From contig CACBFA010000001.1 of assembly GCA_902538525.1 (NCBI GenBank), forward strand, positions 60,250 through 124,249: DNA of 64,000 nucleotides. Direction: 5' to 3'. Positions 1 through 10,914 of the stretch are shown here, one piece after another. The position numbers were made by a program, and so were the translations under genes. Positions within the stretch are counted from its first letter, which is position 1. The number at the start of each line of letters is the position of its first letter. The notes below the pieces were generated by a model. The model saw nothing but the letters and a program-made list of their open reading frames with translations, searched no databases and was not told where the DNA came from. This DNA is from an uncultured Pelagibacteraceae bacterium. Its GTDB lineage: Bacteria; Pseudomonadota; Alphaproteobacteria; Pelagibacterales; Pelagibacteraceae.

Positions 1-1338
<1,338 letters not shown>

Positions 1339-1339
<1 letters not shown>

Positions 1340-1737
1340 TGAGTAATCTTTTTAATATAGATATTGTAAACCCAGAACAGTCTTTTCTTTCTAAAGACAA
1401 TGTATTTGAGGTTGTAATTCCTGCTGTAGAAGGAGAGATTGGTATTCTTAAAGACCATATTCCAATTATCTCATTTTTAAAACCAGGCATTATTAAAGTA
1501 TTTTCAGAGACTGAAGAACAAAGTTTCTATGTTGAAGATGGTATTGTCGAATTTAAGGATAATACGTTATCTGTATTAACTAGCTCAATTTTTGATTTAA
1601 AAGATGCTGATAAAAATTTTGTGTCTGAATCGATAAGCAGCGCTGAAGCAGAATTATCAAAAGATAATATAGATGATCAAAAAAGATTTCTTTTAAATCA
1701 CAAAGTCGAAGTTCTAAAATCTATAAGTATTAATTAA
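1339..1737 (+). CDS. atpC: F1F0 ATP synthase subunit epsilon
   Basis: IVNPE...IPAVEGEIGILKDHIPII...KPG; TAATG-coupled to atpD. Confidence 0.96.
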
Positions 1738-2206
1738 CTACTTTTTCTAGTTCTTTTTGAATTTCTTGGTAAACATGAAGTTTAAAATCTACAACTTTAG
1801 TTGTTAAGTCTTTAATATCTATCCATTTCCAATCTAAAAATTCAGGATGTTTAGTTTTAATGTTAATTTCATTTTCCTCTCCATTAAACTTTACAATAAA
1901 CCACTTTTGCTTTTGACCCTTATATTTTCCTTTCCAAATAATTCCTAAAAGGCGATCAGGAAGATTATAAGTCGTGTATTTGCTTATTTCTTTAATTAGT
2001 TCTACTGACTTTATGCTTGTTTCTTCTTTAAGTTCCCTCAACGCTGCATCAAAATAATTTTCACCTTCATCAATACCGCCTTGTGGCATCTGCCAAAAAT
2101 CTGCAGGATTATCAATTCTTTTTGCTACAAATATCTTATTTTCTTTATTTAAGACTACGATACCTACACCATTTCTTAATGGAAGGTTTTGAAATTTTTC
2201 TTTCAT
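1730..2206 (-). CDS. rppH: RNA pyrophosphohydrolase (Nudix)
   Basis: WQMPQGGIDEGE...AALRELKEETS Nudix box, GQKQKWF motif. Confidence 0.95.
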   Translation of the reverse strand: MKEKFQNLPLRNGVGIVVLNKENKIFVAKRIDNPADFWQMPQGGIDEGENYFDAALRELKEETSIKSVELIKEISKYTTYNLPDRLLGIIWKGKYKGQKQKWFIVKFNGEENEINIKTKHPEFLDWKWIDIKDLTTKVVDFKLHVYQEIQKELEKVVN

Positions 2207-2208
2207 TT

Positions 2209-3342
2209 TTAACCATTTAACAATTTAAGAGCAAATTCTAATTGGTTATCAGTATCTGTATTTATTCTAAATTCATCTGAACCTTCAGCAATAACTATGT
2301 CTGGATTTACACCTACTCTTGAAATCGATTTACCTGATGGAAGATAATATTTAGATACAGTAAGTCTTATTGCACCTTCATTTTCCAAAGGAATAATTGA
2401 TTGGACTGATCCTTTTCCATAGGTACTTTCTCCCACTAATATTGCTCTTTTGTGATCTTGAAGTGCTCCTGCAACAATTTCAGATGCTGATGCAGACCCA
2501 TAATTAATCAGAATAACCATCGTTTCTCCATCTATAATGTCACCCTTTTTTGCAAACCATTTTCTATTTTCATACTTTCTTTTACTTTTTGTTGAGACTA
2601 TTTCTCCATTTTCTAAAAAATAATCTGAAATTTTTATAGCTTGAGATAACAATCCACCAGGATTATTTCTTAGATCTAATATATAATTTTTAATTTTCTT
2701 ATTTTTCTTAAATTCTTTAATTTTATTTTTAATTTGTTTACTGCTGTTCTCATTGAATGATGTTAATCTTATATAAGCAGTCTGATCATCTTTTATTTCA
2801 GACTTTACAGATGCAACTTGTATAACTTCTCTTGTAATTGTAAATATAAGCGCTTTTCTTTCTCCTCTTCTTCTAACAGTAATTTCTATATCAGACCCAA
2901 CTGGGCCTCTCATTAATTCCACAGCTTCAGATAGAGTTTTACCTTGAACTTGAACATCATCAATTTTTACAATGTAATCTCCAGCTTTAACACCAACCTC
3001 TTCAGCTGGTGAATTATCAATTGGTGAAATTACTTTTACAACACCAGCTTCCATACTGACTTCAATACCCAATCCTCCAAATTCTCCACTAGTCTCAGTT
3101 TGCATATTTTTATACGAGTCTGGAGACATATATGCTGAATATGGATCCAAAGATTGCAAAATACCGTTTATAGCAGCATCCATTGCTTCGCTCTGATTTA
3201 CTTCATCAACATATTCTTTATTAATTTTATCTAAGACTTCGCTAAATAAATCAATTTTCTTATAAATATCGTTTTCATTACTCAAAATTGGATCTGTTAA
3301 TATGAAAAAAAATAAAGAAGCTATTAAGTATATTTTTTTCAT
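2209..3342 (-). CDS. ctpA: Carboxy-terminal processing protease (S41) with PDZ domain
   Basis: Signal peptide, LDPYS, GLGI PDZ loop, LDLRNNPGG, SASASEIVAGAL, GKGSVQ. Confidence 0.95.
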   Translation of the reverse strand: MKKIYLIASLFFFILTDPILSNENDIYKKIDLFSEVLDKINKEYVDEVNQSEAMDAAINGILQSLDPYSAYMSPDSYKNMQTETSGEFGGLGIEVSMEAGVVKVISPIDNSPAEEVGVKAGDYIVKIDDVQVQGKTLSEAVELMRGPVGSDIEITVRRRGERKALIFTITREVIQVASVKSEIKDDQTAYIRLTSFNENSSKQIKNKIKEFKKNKKIKNYILDLRNNPGGLLSQAIKISDYFLENGEIVSTKSKRKYENRKWFAKKGDIIDGETMVILINYGSASASEIVAGALQDHKRAILVGESTYGKGSVQSIIPLENEGAIRLTVSKYYLPSGKSISRVGVNPDIVIAEGSDEFRINTDTDNQLEFALKLLNG

Positions 3343-3689
3343 ATGATCAGTTTTTCTTTAGGAATTAATTCTGACCACATTTTTTCTAATTCATAAAATT
3401 TTCTTTTTTCAGGATTGAAAATATGAACAATTAAGTCTATTCCATCTACAAGCTTCCAATCATTGCTATCTTTTCCTTCAATTTTACAATTATTCACACC
3501 ATTAATTTTTAATTTTTCAAAAACTTGTTCAGATAAAGCTTGAATATGTCTTGATGATGTACCGCTAGCTATAATCATGAAGTCTGCAACTGATGATTTT
3601 CCTTCGAGATCTATTGAAACTATGTCTAAGGCTTTATTAATATCAAGCGTTTTGATTATTTCATCTTTAAGAGCCGATATTTTTTCCAT
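3339..3689 (-). CDS. rsfS: Ribosome silencing factor (Iojap)
   Basis: KALDIVSIDL, IIASGTSSRH, WKLVD..LIVHIF...RKFYELEKMW; follows nadD. Confidence 0.95.
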   Translation of the reverse strand: MEKISALKDEIIKTLDINKALDIVSIDLEGKSSVADFMIIASGTSSRHIQALSEQVFEKLKINGVNNCKIEGKDSNDWKLVDGIDLIVHIFNPEKRKFYELEKMWSELIPKEKLII

Positions 3690-3706
3690 TAATTAAACTA
3701 AGAGTA

Positions 3707-4249
3707 TCAAATTTTTCTTAATTGAGAAGATGAAATATTGACTTTATTAAACTTTATAAATTCAACTGCTTTTTTATTATATTTCTTGAATGATTTAGAT
3801 CTAAAAGCCTTTGATTTGTATCCATTTCGATCAAATACCAATATTTTGCACATTTTAGTTATTGAATTGTACCCCTTCCATTTATGAAAATTTATTAGGT
3901 TATCTGCCCCCATTAAAAAAAATATTTCTGAATGTTTAAATTTTTTTTTTAAATATTTAATTAAATCTACTGTACGATTAGATTTTATTATTTCTTCAAA
4001 ACATTTAACTTTTATAAATTTATTATTTTTATTAATTTTTTTTGCATAAGCTGTTCTTTTGTATAGATCATTTGGATTATATTTTTTAAATGGATTTTGT
4101 TTTGTTACAGCCCATATAACTTGGCTTAAATCGTAATTTTTTTTTGCTAATTTAGAAATTCTTACATGACCAACATGTGCCGGATCAAACGATCCACCGA
4201 GTACACCAATCTTTTTATTTTCTAATTTGCCCTGAACCATAAACTTCAT
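3707..4249 (-). CDS. nadD: Nicotinate-nucleotide adenylyltransferase (start may be ATG at 4240)
   Basis: GGSFDPAHVGH, MGADNL, ISSSQLR; overlaps the proA 3' end. Confidence 0.93.
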   Translation of the reverse strand: MKFMVQGKLENKKIGVLGGSFDPAHVGHVRISKLAKKNYDLSQVIWAVTKQNPFKKYNPNDLYKRTAYAKKINKNNKFIKVKCFEEIIKSNRTVDLIKYLKKKFKHSEIFFLMGADNLINFHKWKGYNSITKMCKILVFDRNGYKSKAFRSKSFKKYNKKAVEFIKFNKVNISSSQLRKI

Positions 4250-5462
4250 ATTTATAACTTACTAACTGATTTAGACCAACAGGACCTCTTGGTGGCAAGG
4301 TGTTTGTTGAAATTCCAACCTCTCCACCAAAACCAAATTCTCCTCCGTCAGCAAATTGTGTTGATGAATTTTGAATAGCAATAGAGCTTTTTACATTTTT
4401 AATAAAGAATTTTGCTGTATTTTTGTTTTTGGTTACTATTGCATCTGTATGCATAGTTCCATATTTGTTGATATGGGCAACTGCTTCTTTGACATTATTC
4501 ACTAATTTAACTGAAATAATCGGTGAAAGATGTTCCTTTGACCAAGTATTATTATTTGCAGGATATGTTTTGCCTTTAAATAATTTACTTATTTTTTTAT
4601 CAGCTAAAATTTTACAACCGCTTTTAGCTAGTGAATTTAAAATTAAATTTACTGATTTTGATTTACTTTTATGTATTAAGAGAGTTTCAGTTGCACCACA
4701 TATACTAGTATTTCTCAACTTAGCATTTAATACTATTTTGTTTGCCATATTATCTTCTGCTTCTTTATCAATATATGTATGACAAATTCCTTCCAAATGA
4801 CCAATAACTGGCACCTTTGAAAGTTGTTTAACTTTTTTTACTAAATTTTTTCCACCTCGTGGTATTACAACATCAATGGAGTTTTCCATTTTTGATAATA
4901 AATAATCTACGAGTTTTCTGCTTTTATTGTTTATAAACTGGACGTAATTTTCGTTTACTTTATTTTTTTTTAGAGCTTTCCTAAATAAATTTACTAAAAT
5001 TTTATTACTATTGTAGGCTTCGGAACCACCTCTTAATATAACAGCATTTCCAGATTTAAAACATAGTGCTGATACATCCGATGTAACATTGGGTCTACTC
5101 TCAAATATTACACCTATAACTCCTATTGGTATTGTAACCCTTCTAATTTGAAGTCCATTTGGCCTTTTCCATTTGGAAGTTACTTGATCTATAGGATCTT
5201 TAAAAGAAGTAATAGTTTTAACAGAGTCAATTATACTTTTTAATTTATTATTACTAAGAGTGAGTCTTTGAATTAAGTTTTCTTTTAATTTTTTTCCTCT
5301 TGCATAAAAAATATCTTTCTTATTTTCGCTAATAATTTTATTCTTATTAATCTCAATTAATTTTACAAAATCTTTTAAAACTTTATTCTTTTTTTTTGGA
5401 CTAATACTTGAATTCAAAGCTTTTCTAGAATTCAATCCAATTTTTTTAAGTAGTTTACTCAT
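4215..5462 (-). CDS. proA: Gamma-glutamyl phosphate reductase
   Basis: GVIFESRPNVT, LRGGSEA, ICGATETLL, FADGGEFGFGGEVGIST, RGPVGL. Confidence 0.97.
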   Translation of the reverse strand: MSKLLKKIGLNSRKALNSSISPKKKNKVLKDFVKLIEINKNKIISENKKDIFYARGKKLKENLIQRLTLSNNKLKSIIDSVKTITSFKDPIDQVTSKWKRPNGLQIRRVTIPIGVIGVIFESRPNVTSDVSALCFKSGNAVILRGGSEAYNSNKILVNLFRKALKKNKVNENYVQFINNKSRKLVDYLLSKMENSIDVVIPRGGKNLVKKVKQLSKVPVIGHLEGICHTYIDKEAEDNMANKIVLNAKLRNTSICGATETLLIHKSKSKSVNLILNSLAKSGCKILADKKISKLFKGKTYPANNNTWSKEHLSPIISVKLVNNVKEAVAHINKYGTMHTDAIVTKNKNTAKFFIKNVKSSIAIQNSSTQFADGGEFGFGGEVGISTNTLPPRGPVGLNQLVSYKYEVYGSGQIRK

Positions 5463-6568
5463 TAAATTTTAACCATATCATCTTTATGTATAACTTCAGA
5501 CTTTGTAACATAGCCTAAAAGATTACTAATTTTGTTAGAATGTTCTCCTTTTATTTTGGATATCTCATCAGATGTAAAACTGCTCAACCCTCTAGCAAAT
5601 TCTTTGTTATTTTTATCCAAAATTCTAACATGATCACCTTTAACAAATTTTCCTGAAACTTTTCTAATACCTGCAGCTAATAAACTTTTTCCATTTTTTA
5701 AAGCATTTAAAGCACCATCATCTATAATAATTTCTCCTTTTGGAGATATAGAGCTAATTATCCATTTCTTTCTTGCATCTAATTTAGATACTTTTGGCAA
5801 AAACCATGTCCCAGAATTATGTTCCAGTATATTTTTAATTGGTCTTTTAATTAAACCATTTGCAATAGCCATATAGCAACCCGAGACTTGACATACTTTT
5901 GCAGCATCAATTTTCGTTTTCATTCCACCAGTACCATACTCACTTGTGCTTTTACTTGAAAAATTTTCAATTTTAGAATCAATATTTTTTATTTCTTTAA
6001 TCAATTTAGCATTTTTATGAATTTTTGGGTTTTTAGAATACAATCCATCAACATCAGACAATAATATTAAACAATCTGCACCTGATATTTGTGCAACTCT
6101 TGATGCTAATCTGTCATTATCTCCGTATTTAATTTCAGAAGTTGCAATACTATCATTTTCATTAACAACAGGTACAAAATTAAGCTCAAATAAGTTTTCG
6201 AAAGTTCTTTTAGCATTTATAGCTCTTCTTCTTTGTTCAGTATCTTCTAAAGTAATTAAAATTTGAGAAATATTTATTTTATTTGAGCTAAATGTCTTTT
6301 TAAAAAGATTCATTAATTCTATTTGTCCAATTGATGCAACAGCTTGACTTTTATCAAGCTTTAAAGTTTTTTTATTTAATTGTAATTTTTTACACCCTAA
6401 AGCAATTGCTCCAGAACTCACTATAACAATGTTTTTTTTAAGTTTTTGTAACTCTTTAATATCTTTAGCAAATTCCAAAAGCCATTTTTCTCTAATAATT
6501 TTATTGTCATTTATTAATAAAGATGAACCTATTTTTATTACTACAGTTTTGGAGTCATTAAGATACAT
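5462..6568 (-). CDS. proB: Glutamate 5-kinase with PUA domain
   Basis: VIKIGSSLL, NEND, GDNDRLAS, GTGGMKTK. Confidence 0.97.
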   Translation of the reverse strand: MYLNDSKTVVIKIGSSLLINDNKIIREKWLLEFAKDIKELQKLKKNIVIVSSGAIALGCKKLQLNKKTLKLDKSQAVASIGQIELMNLFKKTFSSNKINISQILITLEDTEQRRRAINAKRTFENLFELNFVPVVNENDSIATSEIKYGDNDRLASRVAQISGADCLILLSDVDGLYSKNPKIHKNAKLIKEIKNIDSKIENFSSKSTSEYGTGGMKTKIDAAKVCQVSGCYMAIANGLIKRPIKNILEHNSGTWFLPKVSKLDARKKWIISSISPKGEIIIDDGALNALKNGKSLLAAGIRKVSGKFVKGDHVRILDKNNKEFARGLSSFTSDEISKIKGEHSNKISNLLGYVTKSEVIHKDDMVKI

Positions 6569-7541
6569 AGTTTACCAACTTTGACTTTACATCTGATACT
6601 GATTTTTTATCCATTGTTGACATTAAAAAGATATTTTTTTTTAATTTATTCTTGAGTTTTTTTATCTTGTCTTTTTTTTCCTCTTCATCAATTAAGTCAG
6701 TTTTATTTAAAACTACTATTTCTTTTTTTTTAACTAAATCTTTACTGTATTTTGATAATTCTTTTCTGACTTGATTGTAAGAATTAAATAAATCATCTTC
6801 AGTTATATCTATTAAATGCAGCAAAGTTTTGCACCTTTCTATATGTTTTAAAAACTTTATTCCAAGACCAGTTCCGGTATGAGCACCTTCAATTAAGCCT
6901 GGTATATCTGCTAAAGTAACTTCTTTGTCATCATAACTAGCAACACCAAGATTTGGATTAATTGTAGTAAATTTATAGTTTGCTATTTTTGGATTTGCAC
7001 TCGTCATTGATGCAAGCAAGCTGGATTTCCCAGCATTGGGCAATCCTATGATACCGATATCAGCAATTGTTTTTAGTTGAAGCCAAATCCAAAATTCCTC
7101 TCCATGACCCCCTTTTGTAAATTTCTTTGGGGCTCTATTGGTTGAGGACTTAAATCTTGTATTTCCAAATCCTCCTTTACCTCCGCTTGCTACTAAAAAT
7201 TCCTCTTTCTGACTTTTAAAATCATAAATAAGTGTTTTATTATCTTCTTCAAATACTTGTGTTCCTAAAGGTACTTTTAAATATAAATCTTCACCACCTT
7301 TCCCAGTTTTGTTTTTTCCGCTGCCATCTTTTCCTCTTTCAGCTTTGAAGTGTTGTTGATACCTGTAATCAATCAAAGTATTAAGATTTCTTTCACTAAT
7401 AAGAATTACAGATCCTCCTTTCCCTCCATCGCCACCATCAGGGCCACCAAACTCTACAAATTTTTCCCTACGAAAACTTGGAGATCCCGACCCTCCGTTG
7501 CCAGCTTTTACATATATCTTAACTTGATCTAGAAATTTCAT
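6558..7541 (-). CDS. obgE: GTPase ObgE/CgtA
   Basis: Gly-rich Obg domain, GLPNAGKS, DIPG, NKTD. Confidence 0.98.
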   Translation of the reverse strand: MKFLDQVKIYVKAGNGGSGSPSFRREKFVEFGGPDGGDGGKGGSVILISERNLNTLIDYRYQQHFKAERGKDGSGKNKTGKGGEDLYLKVPLGTQVFEEDNKTLIYDFKSQKEEFLVASGGKGGFGNTRFKSSTNRAPKKFTKGGHGEEFWIWLQLKTIADIGIIGLPNAGKSSLLASMTSANPKIANYKFTTINPNLGVASYDDKEVTLADIPGLIEGAHTGTGLGIKFLKHIERCKTLLHLIDITEDDLFNSYNQVRKELSKYSKDLVKKKEIVVLNKTDLIDEEEKKDKIKKLKNKLKKNIFLMSTMDKKSVSDVKSKLVNYVS

Positions 7542-7568
7542 ATAACAACTATGTGAGTGTTGTATCTA

Positions 7569-7823
7569 TTAATTGGGCTTTACAGAAACGTAAGTTCTAT
7601 CAGATTTTGATTTTTTAAACTCTACTTTACCTTTAACAACTGAAAATATCGAATGGTCTTTACCCATGCCAACATTTTCTCCAGGAAATATTTTAGTTCC
7701 CCTTTGTCTTACAATAATGTTGCCTGGCACAACCATCTCGCCACCATATTTTTTCACACCAAGTCTACGACCTGCACTATCTCTTCCGTTTCTTGACGAT
7801 CCACCTGCTTTTTTTGTTGCCAT
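7569..7823 (-). CDS. rpmA: 50S ribosomal protein L27
   Basis: [26 protein letters not shown]. Confidence 0.99.
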   Translation of the reverse strand: MATKKAGGSSRNGRDSAGRRLGVKKYGGEMVVPGNIIVRQRGTKIFPGENVGMGKDHSIFSVVKGKVEFKKSKSDRTYVSVKPN

Positions 7824-7833
7824 AAATTACTTT

Positions 7834-8235
7834 TTATTTAGCTGCTTCCTTAGTTTCAACTGTTTTTTTTGATGGTATTTCTTTTCTTTTTTCTGCTTCA
7901 GAAATAACTTTACCATCTTTTGAATAGATTTTACTTATTCTTACCATTGTAAATTTTTGTCTATGACCATTTTTTCTTCTCGAATTTTGCCTTCTCCTTT
8001 TTTTAAAAATAAGAACTGTTCTATTTTTTCCATTTTTTATTAATTCAGCTTCAACTTTAGCTCCACTAATTGTCGGCTCTCCTAACTCTAAATTTTTATC
8101 ATCTCCGTAAGCTAGTATTTCATTAAACTCTATTTTTGAATTTTCTTTTGAATCTTCGAGCTTTTCAACTTTGAGAATCTCTCCAGCTTTCACTTTATAC
8201 TGTTTACCACCTGTTTGAATTACCGCGAATGACAT
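7834..8235 (-). CDS. rplU: 50S ribosomal protein L21 with charged C-terminal extension
   Basis: AVIQTGGKQYKV, FKKRRRQNSRRKNGHRQ. Confidence 0.98.
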   Translation of the reverse strand: MSFAVIQTGGKQYKVKAGEILKVEKLEDSKENSKIEFNEILAYGDDKNLELGEPTISGAKVEAELIKNGKNRTVLIFKKRRRQNSRRKNGHRQKFTMVRISKIYSKDGKVISEAEKRKEIPSKKTVETKEAAK

Positions 8236-8262
8236 AGTTAGCCCTAATTTTTATAGTCAGCA

Positions 8263-8290
8263 ATATAGTCCGGGTTGTATTATAGTCAAG
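8263..8290 (-). promoter_or_regulatory. Sigma70-type promoter of rplU-rpmA-obgE operon
   Basis: Minus strand CTTGAC-N16-CTATAT, close to the alphaproteobacterial RpoD consensus CTTGAC-N17-CTATAT. Confidence 0.7.
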
Positions 8291-8299
8291 GTTAATAAC

Positions 8300-9019
8300 T
8301 TAGAAATTATCCTTTAAATCCCTCAATTTTTTGAAATTTTCTAGATCGTTTGACCTAAGAAAAATGTTACAATTAAGTTCCTCACCAATCGTCGATGGCA
8401 TACTAGTTTTACCTTGTTTAATTTTTTCTTTAATTTCTTTAATTTTGTTTAGTAATTCATTGTTATTGGAATCTTGTGCTAAACAAAATTCAGAATTCTT
8501 TAAAGTATATTCATGTCCACAATAAATTTTTGTATCTTTATCTAAATTTTTTAAAACTTGTAGTGAGTTGTACATTTGCTCATAACTCCCTTCAAAAATT
8601 CTTCCACATCCCATAGAGAATAAAGTATCTCCTGTAAAAATTAACTTATTTTTAAAAAAATGAAAACAGATATGACCTATTGTATGGCCAGGGACGTGAT
8701 ATATTTTTGCTTCAAAAATATCTTCTTTCCAAATTTCACCATCACTTAAGCAAATATCAATTTGAGGTATTCTATTTTTATCTCCAATATAACCTATTAC
8801 TTCTGCATTAAATTTTTTTTTTAATTCTTCATTCCCGCCAACATGGTCATGATGATGATGTGTATTTAATATATATTTTAAATTTAATTTATTTTTCTGT
8901 AAATAATTTATAATTGGATCTGCTTCACCAGGATCAACAACACAACAATTTCTATTAGCTTCATTAATTAAAATGTAAGAAAAATTATCTTCCAGACACT
9001 TAATAATTTCTACTTTCAT
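8300..9019 (-). CDS. gloB: Hydroxyacylglutathione hydrolase (glyoxalase II)
   Basis: THHHHDHVGG, PGHT.GH, FTGDTLF..GCGR, CGHEYT. Confidence 0.95.
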   Translation of the reverse strand: MKVEIIKCLEDNFSYILINEANRNCCVVDPGEADPIINYLQKNKLNLKYILNTHHHHDHVGGNEELKKKFNAEVIGYIGDKNRIPQIDICLSDGEIWKEDIFEAKIYHVPGHTIGHICFHFFKNKLIFTGDTLFSMGCGRIFEGSYEQMYNSLQVLKNLDKDTKIYCGHEYTLKNSEFCLAQDSNNNELLNKIKEIKEKIKQGKTSMPSTIGEELNCNIFLRSNDLENFKKLRDLKDNF

Positions 9020-9616
9020 TTAACTTTCTATTAAAAATATACCTAAATGAGAGTCAAGATTTTTATAATTTAAATTTGATTTATTTATTTCTGAAATTCG
9101 ACTTTTTTTTAAAGCGATAGACTTAAATATTTTAATATTCTTACTACTGCAAAAATTATAAAAATCTTTAATTGTGCACATATGTAAATTTGGTGTATTG
9201 TACCATTCATGAGGTAAATTTTCTGTTACAGGCATTGTGCCTTTAAACAATAATTGTAGTCTAACTCTCCAGTAACCAAAATTAGGTATAGTAACAATTA
9301 CTTTTTTTCCTACTTTTAGTAATTCATTAATTACTAATTCAGGATTAAGAAAAGCTTGTAATGTTTGGCTTAAAATAACGTAATCAAAAGATGATTTAGG
9401 AAATTGTTTTAAATCGCTTTCAGCATTCCCCTCAATTACAGTTAATCCTTTTGATAAACAATTTTGAACTTTTTCTTTAGAGATTTCTAGTCCACGAATA
9501 TCTTTAGTTTTGTTTTCTTGTAAAAATTTCATCAAGTCTCCATTGCCACAACCGACATCTAGAACTCTAGTATTTTCCTCTATCAAATTAGATATAATGT
9601 TAAATTCTTCTTTCAT
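9020..9616 (-). CDS. metW: Methionine biosynthesis protein MetW
   Basis: [29 protein letters not shown]; overlaps the metX 3' end. Confidence 0.95.
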   Translation of the reverse strand: MKEEFNIISNLIEENTRVLDVGCGNGDLMKFLQENKTKDIRGLEISKEKVQNCLSKGLTVIEGNAESDLKQFPKSSFDYVILSQTLQAFLNPELVINELLKVGKKVIVTIPNFGYWRVRLQLLFKGTMPVTENLPHEWYNTPNLHMCTIKDFYNFCSSKNIKIFKSIALKKSRISEINKSNLNYKNLDSHLGIFLIES

Positions 9617-10733
9617 TTATAACTTTGTAGGTTGAATTAATATAATCGCCAAGTGTCTTTAGGAAACTTGGAACATCGAGCAAAAATGAGTCATGCCCCT
9701 TATCAGACTCTATTTCTACAAATCCGACATCTGCACCAATAGAATTTAGTGCTATAACTATTTCTCTATTCTCCGATGTTGGATATAACCAATCTGATGT
9801 AAATGATATTACAAAAAATTTTGTTTTAGTTTCTTTGAATGCATCAGATAAGTTTCCTTTGTACTGTTTGGATAAGTCAAAATAATCCATTGCACGAGTT
9901 ATATATAAATAACTATTAGCATCAAATCTATCAACAAACACAGATCCTTGGTATCTAAGATAACTCTCAATTTGAAAATCTGCCTCAAATCCATATCTTA
10001 GGCTATCCCTATCTTGCAATTTTCTTCCAAATTTTTCCTGCAATCCTTTTTCAGAAAGATAAGTAATATGTGCTGCCATTCTTGCTACCGCTAACCCTTT
10101 GTCAGGATTTAATTTGTAATTACTATAAAATCCATTTTCCCACTTACTGTCAGCCATAATTGCCTGTCTTCCTAATTCATTAAACGCTATGTTTTGTGCC
10201 GAGTGACTAGATGTGCAAGCAATCGGTATTGCAAGTTTTGCTTTATCTGGAAAATTGGCAACAAATTGAAGTACTTGCATTCCACCCATTGAACCACCTA
10301 CTACAGCAAAAAGTTTTTCAATTTCTAAATATTTAATTAGCTCATATTGAGCGTTAACCATGTCGTTAATAGTTATAATTGGAAAATCAGTTCCTATTTG
10401 TTTACCAGTGGACTCATTTATTGTGCTTGGTCCGTAAGATCCCATGCAGCCTCCAATAACGTTTGCACAAATCACAAAAAATTTGTTTGTATCAATTGGC
10501 TTATTTTCTCCAACAACATAACTCCACCAACCATCTTTATTAGTTATTGGGTTTTTTCCAGAAACATATTGATCTCCAGTCAAAGCATGGAAAACTAATA
10601 TTGCATTACTTTTTTCACTGTTTAATTCCCCATATGTCTCATATGCTATTGGAAAGTTATTAATTTCCTTACCACAATCCAATCTAAGGGGATTTGATAT
10701 AATTATTTTTTTTGTATCAATATTCTTATTCAT
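9600..10733 (-). CDS. metX: Homoserine O-acyltransferase (MetX family)
   Basis: HALTGD, GGSMGG nucleophile elbow, RFDANSY, GHDSFLL. Confidence 0.96.
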   Translation of the reverse strand: MNKNIDTKKIIISNPLRLDCGKEINNFPIAYETYGELNSEKSNAILVFHALTGDQYVSGKNPITNKDGWWSYVVGENKPIDTNKFFVICANVIGGCMGSYGPSTINESTGKQIGTDFPIITINDMVNAQYELIKYLEIEKLFAVVGGSMGGMQVLQFVANFPDKAKLAIPIACTSSHSAQNIAFNELGRQAIMADSKWENGFYSNYKLNPDKGLAVARMAAHITYLSEKGLQEKFGRKLQDRDSLRYGFEADFQIESYLRYQGSVFVDRFDANSYLYITRAMDYFDLSKQYKGNLSDAFKETKTKFFVISFTSDWLYPTSENREIVIALNSIGADVGFVEIESDKGHDSFLLDVPSFLKTLGDYINSTYKVINERRI

Positions 10734-10771
10734 AATAATTGTACTGATTGAATTGTGAGAAAAAAAAACAT
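10730..10771 (-). CDS. Possible 13-aa leader peptide [13 protein letters not shown] (uORF)
   Basis: ATG at the 3' end of the SAM-II aptamer; TGA stop overlaps the metX ATG (ATGA); translation unproven. Confidence 0.3.
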   Translation of the reverse strand: MFFFLTIQSVQLL

Positions 10772-10818
10772 TTTAGCGGTTTTTTTATAGCGCTCGCAAT
10801 TCAGTATAAATCAGCGCA
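10769..10818 (-). ncRNA. SAM-II riboswitch aptamer upstream of metX
   Basis: Minus strand UGCGCUGAUUUAUACUGAAUUGCGAGCGCUAUAAAAAAACCGCUAAAAUG: P1 GCGCU/AGCGC, conserved UGAUUU, UUGC and GCUAAA; metX is a classic SAM-II target. Confidence 0.92.
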
Positions 10819-10914
10819 TGCAGCTTTTACTTCAAAGGAATTTATATGTCAAATATTGCTCAATTAATTATTGTTTTATCTAGTTAAAAGACTATTTATA
10901 GTGAAATATTTACT

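Noticed and set aside
4215-4249. 35-nt proA/nadD overlap as a possible frameshift fusion
   Set aside because: Both proteins are complete with their own ATG options, and such overlaps occur throughout the window.
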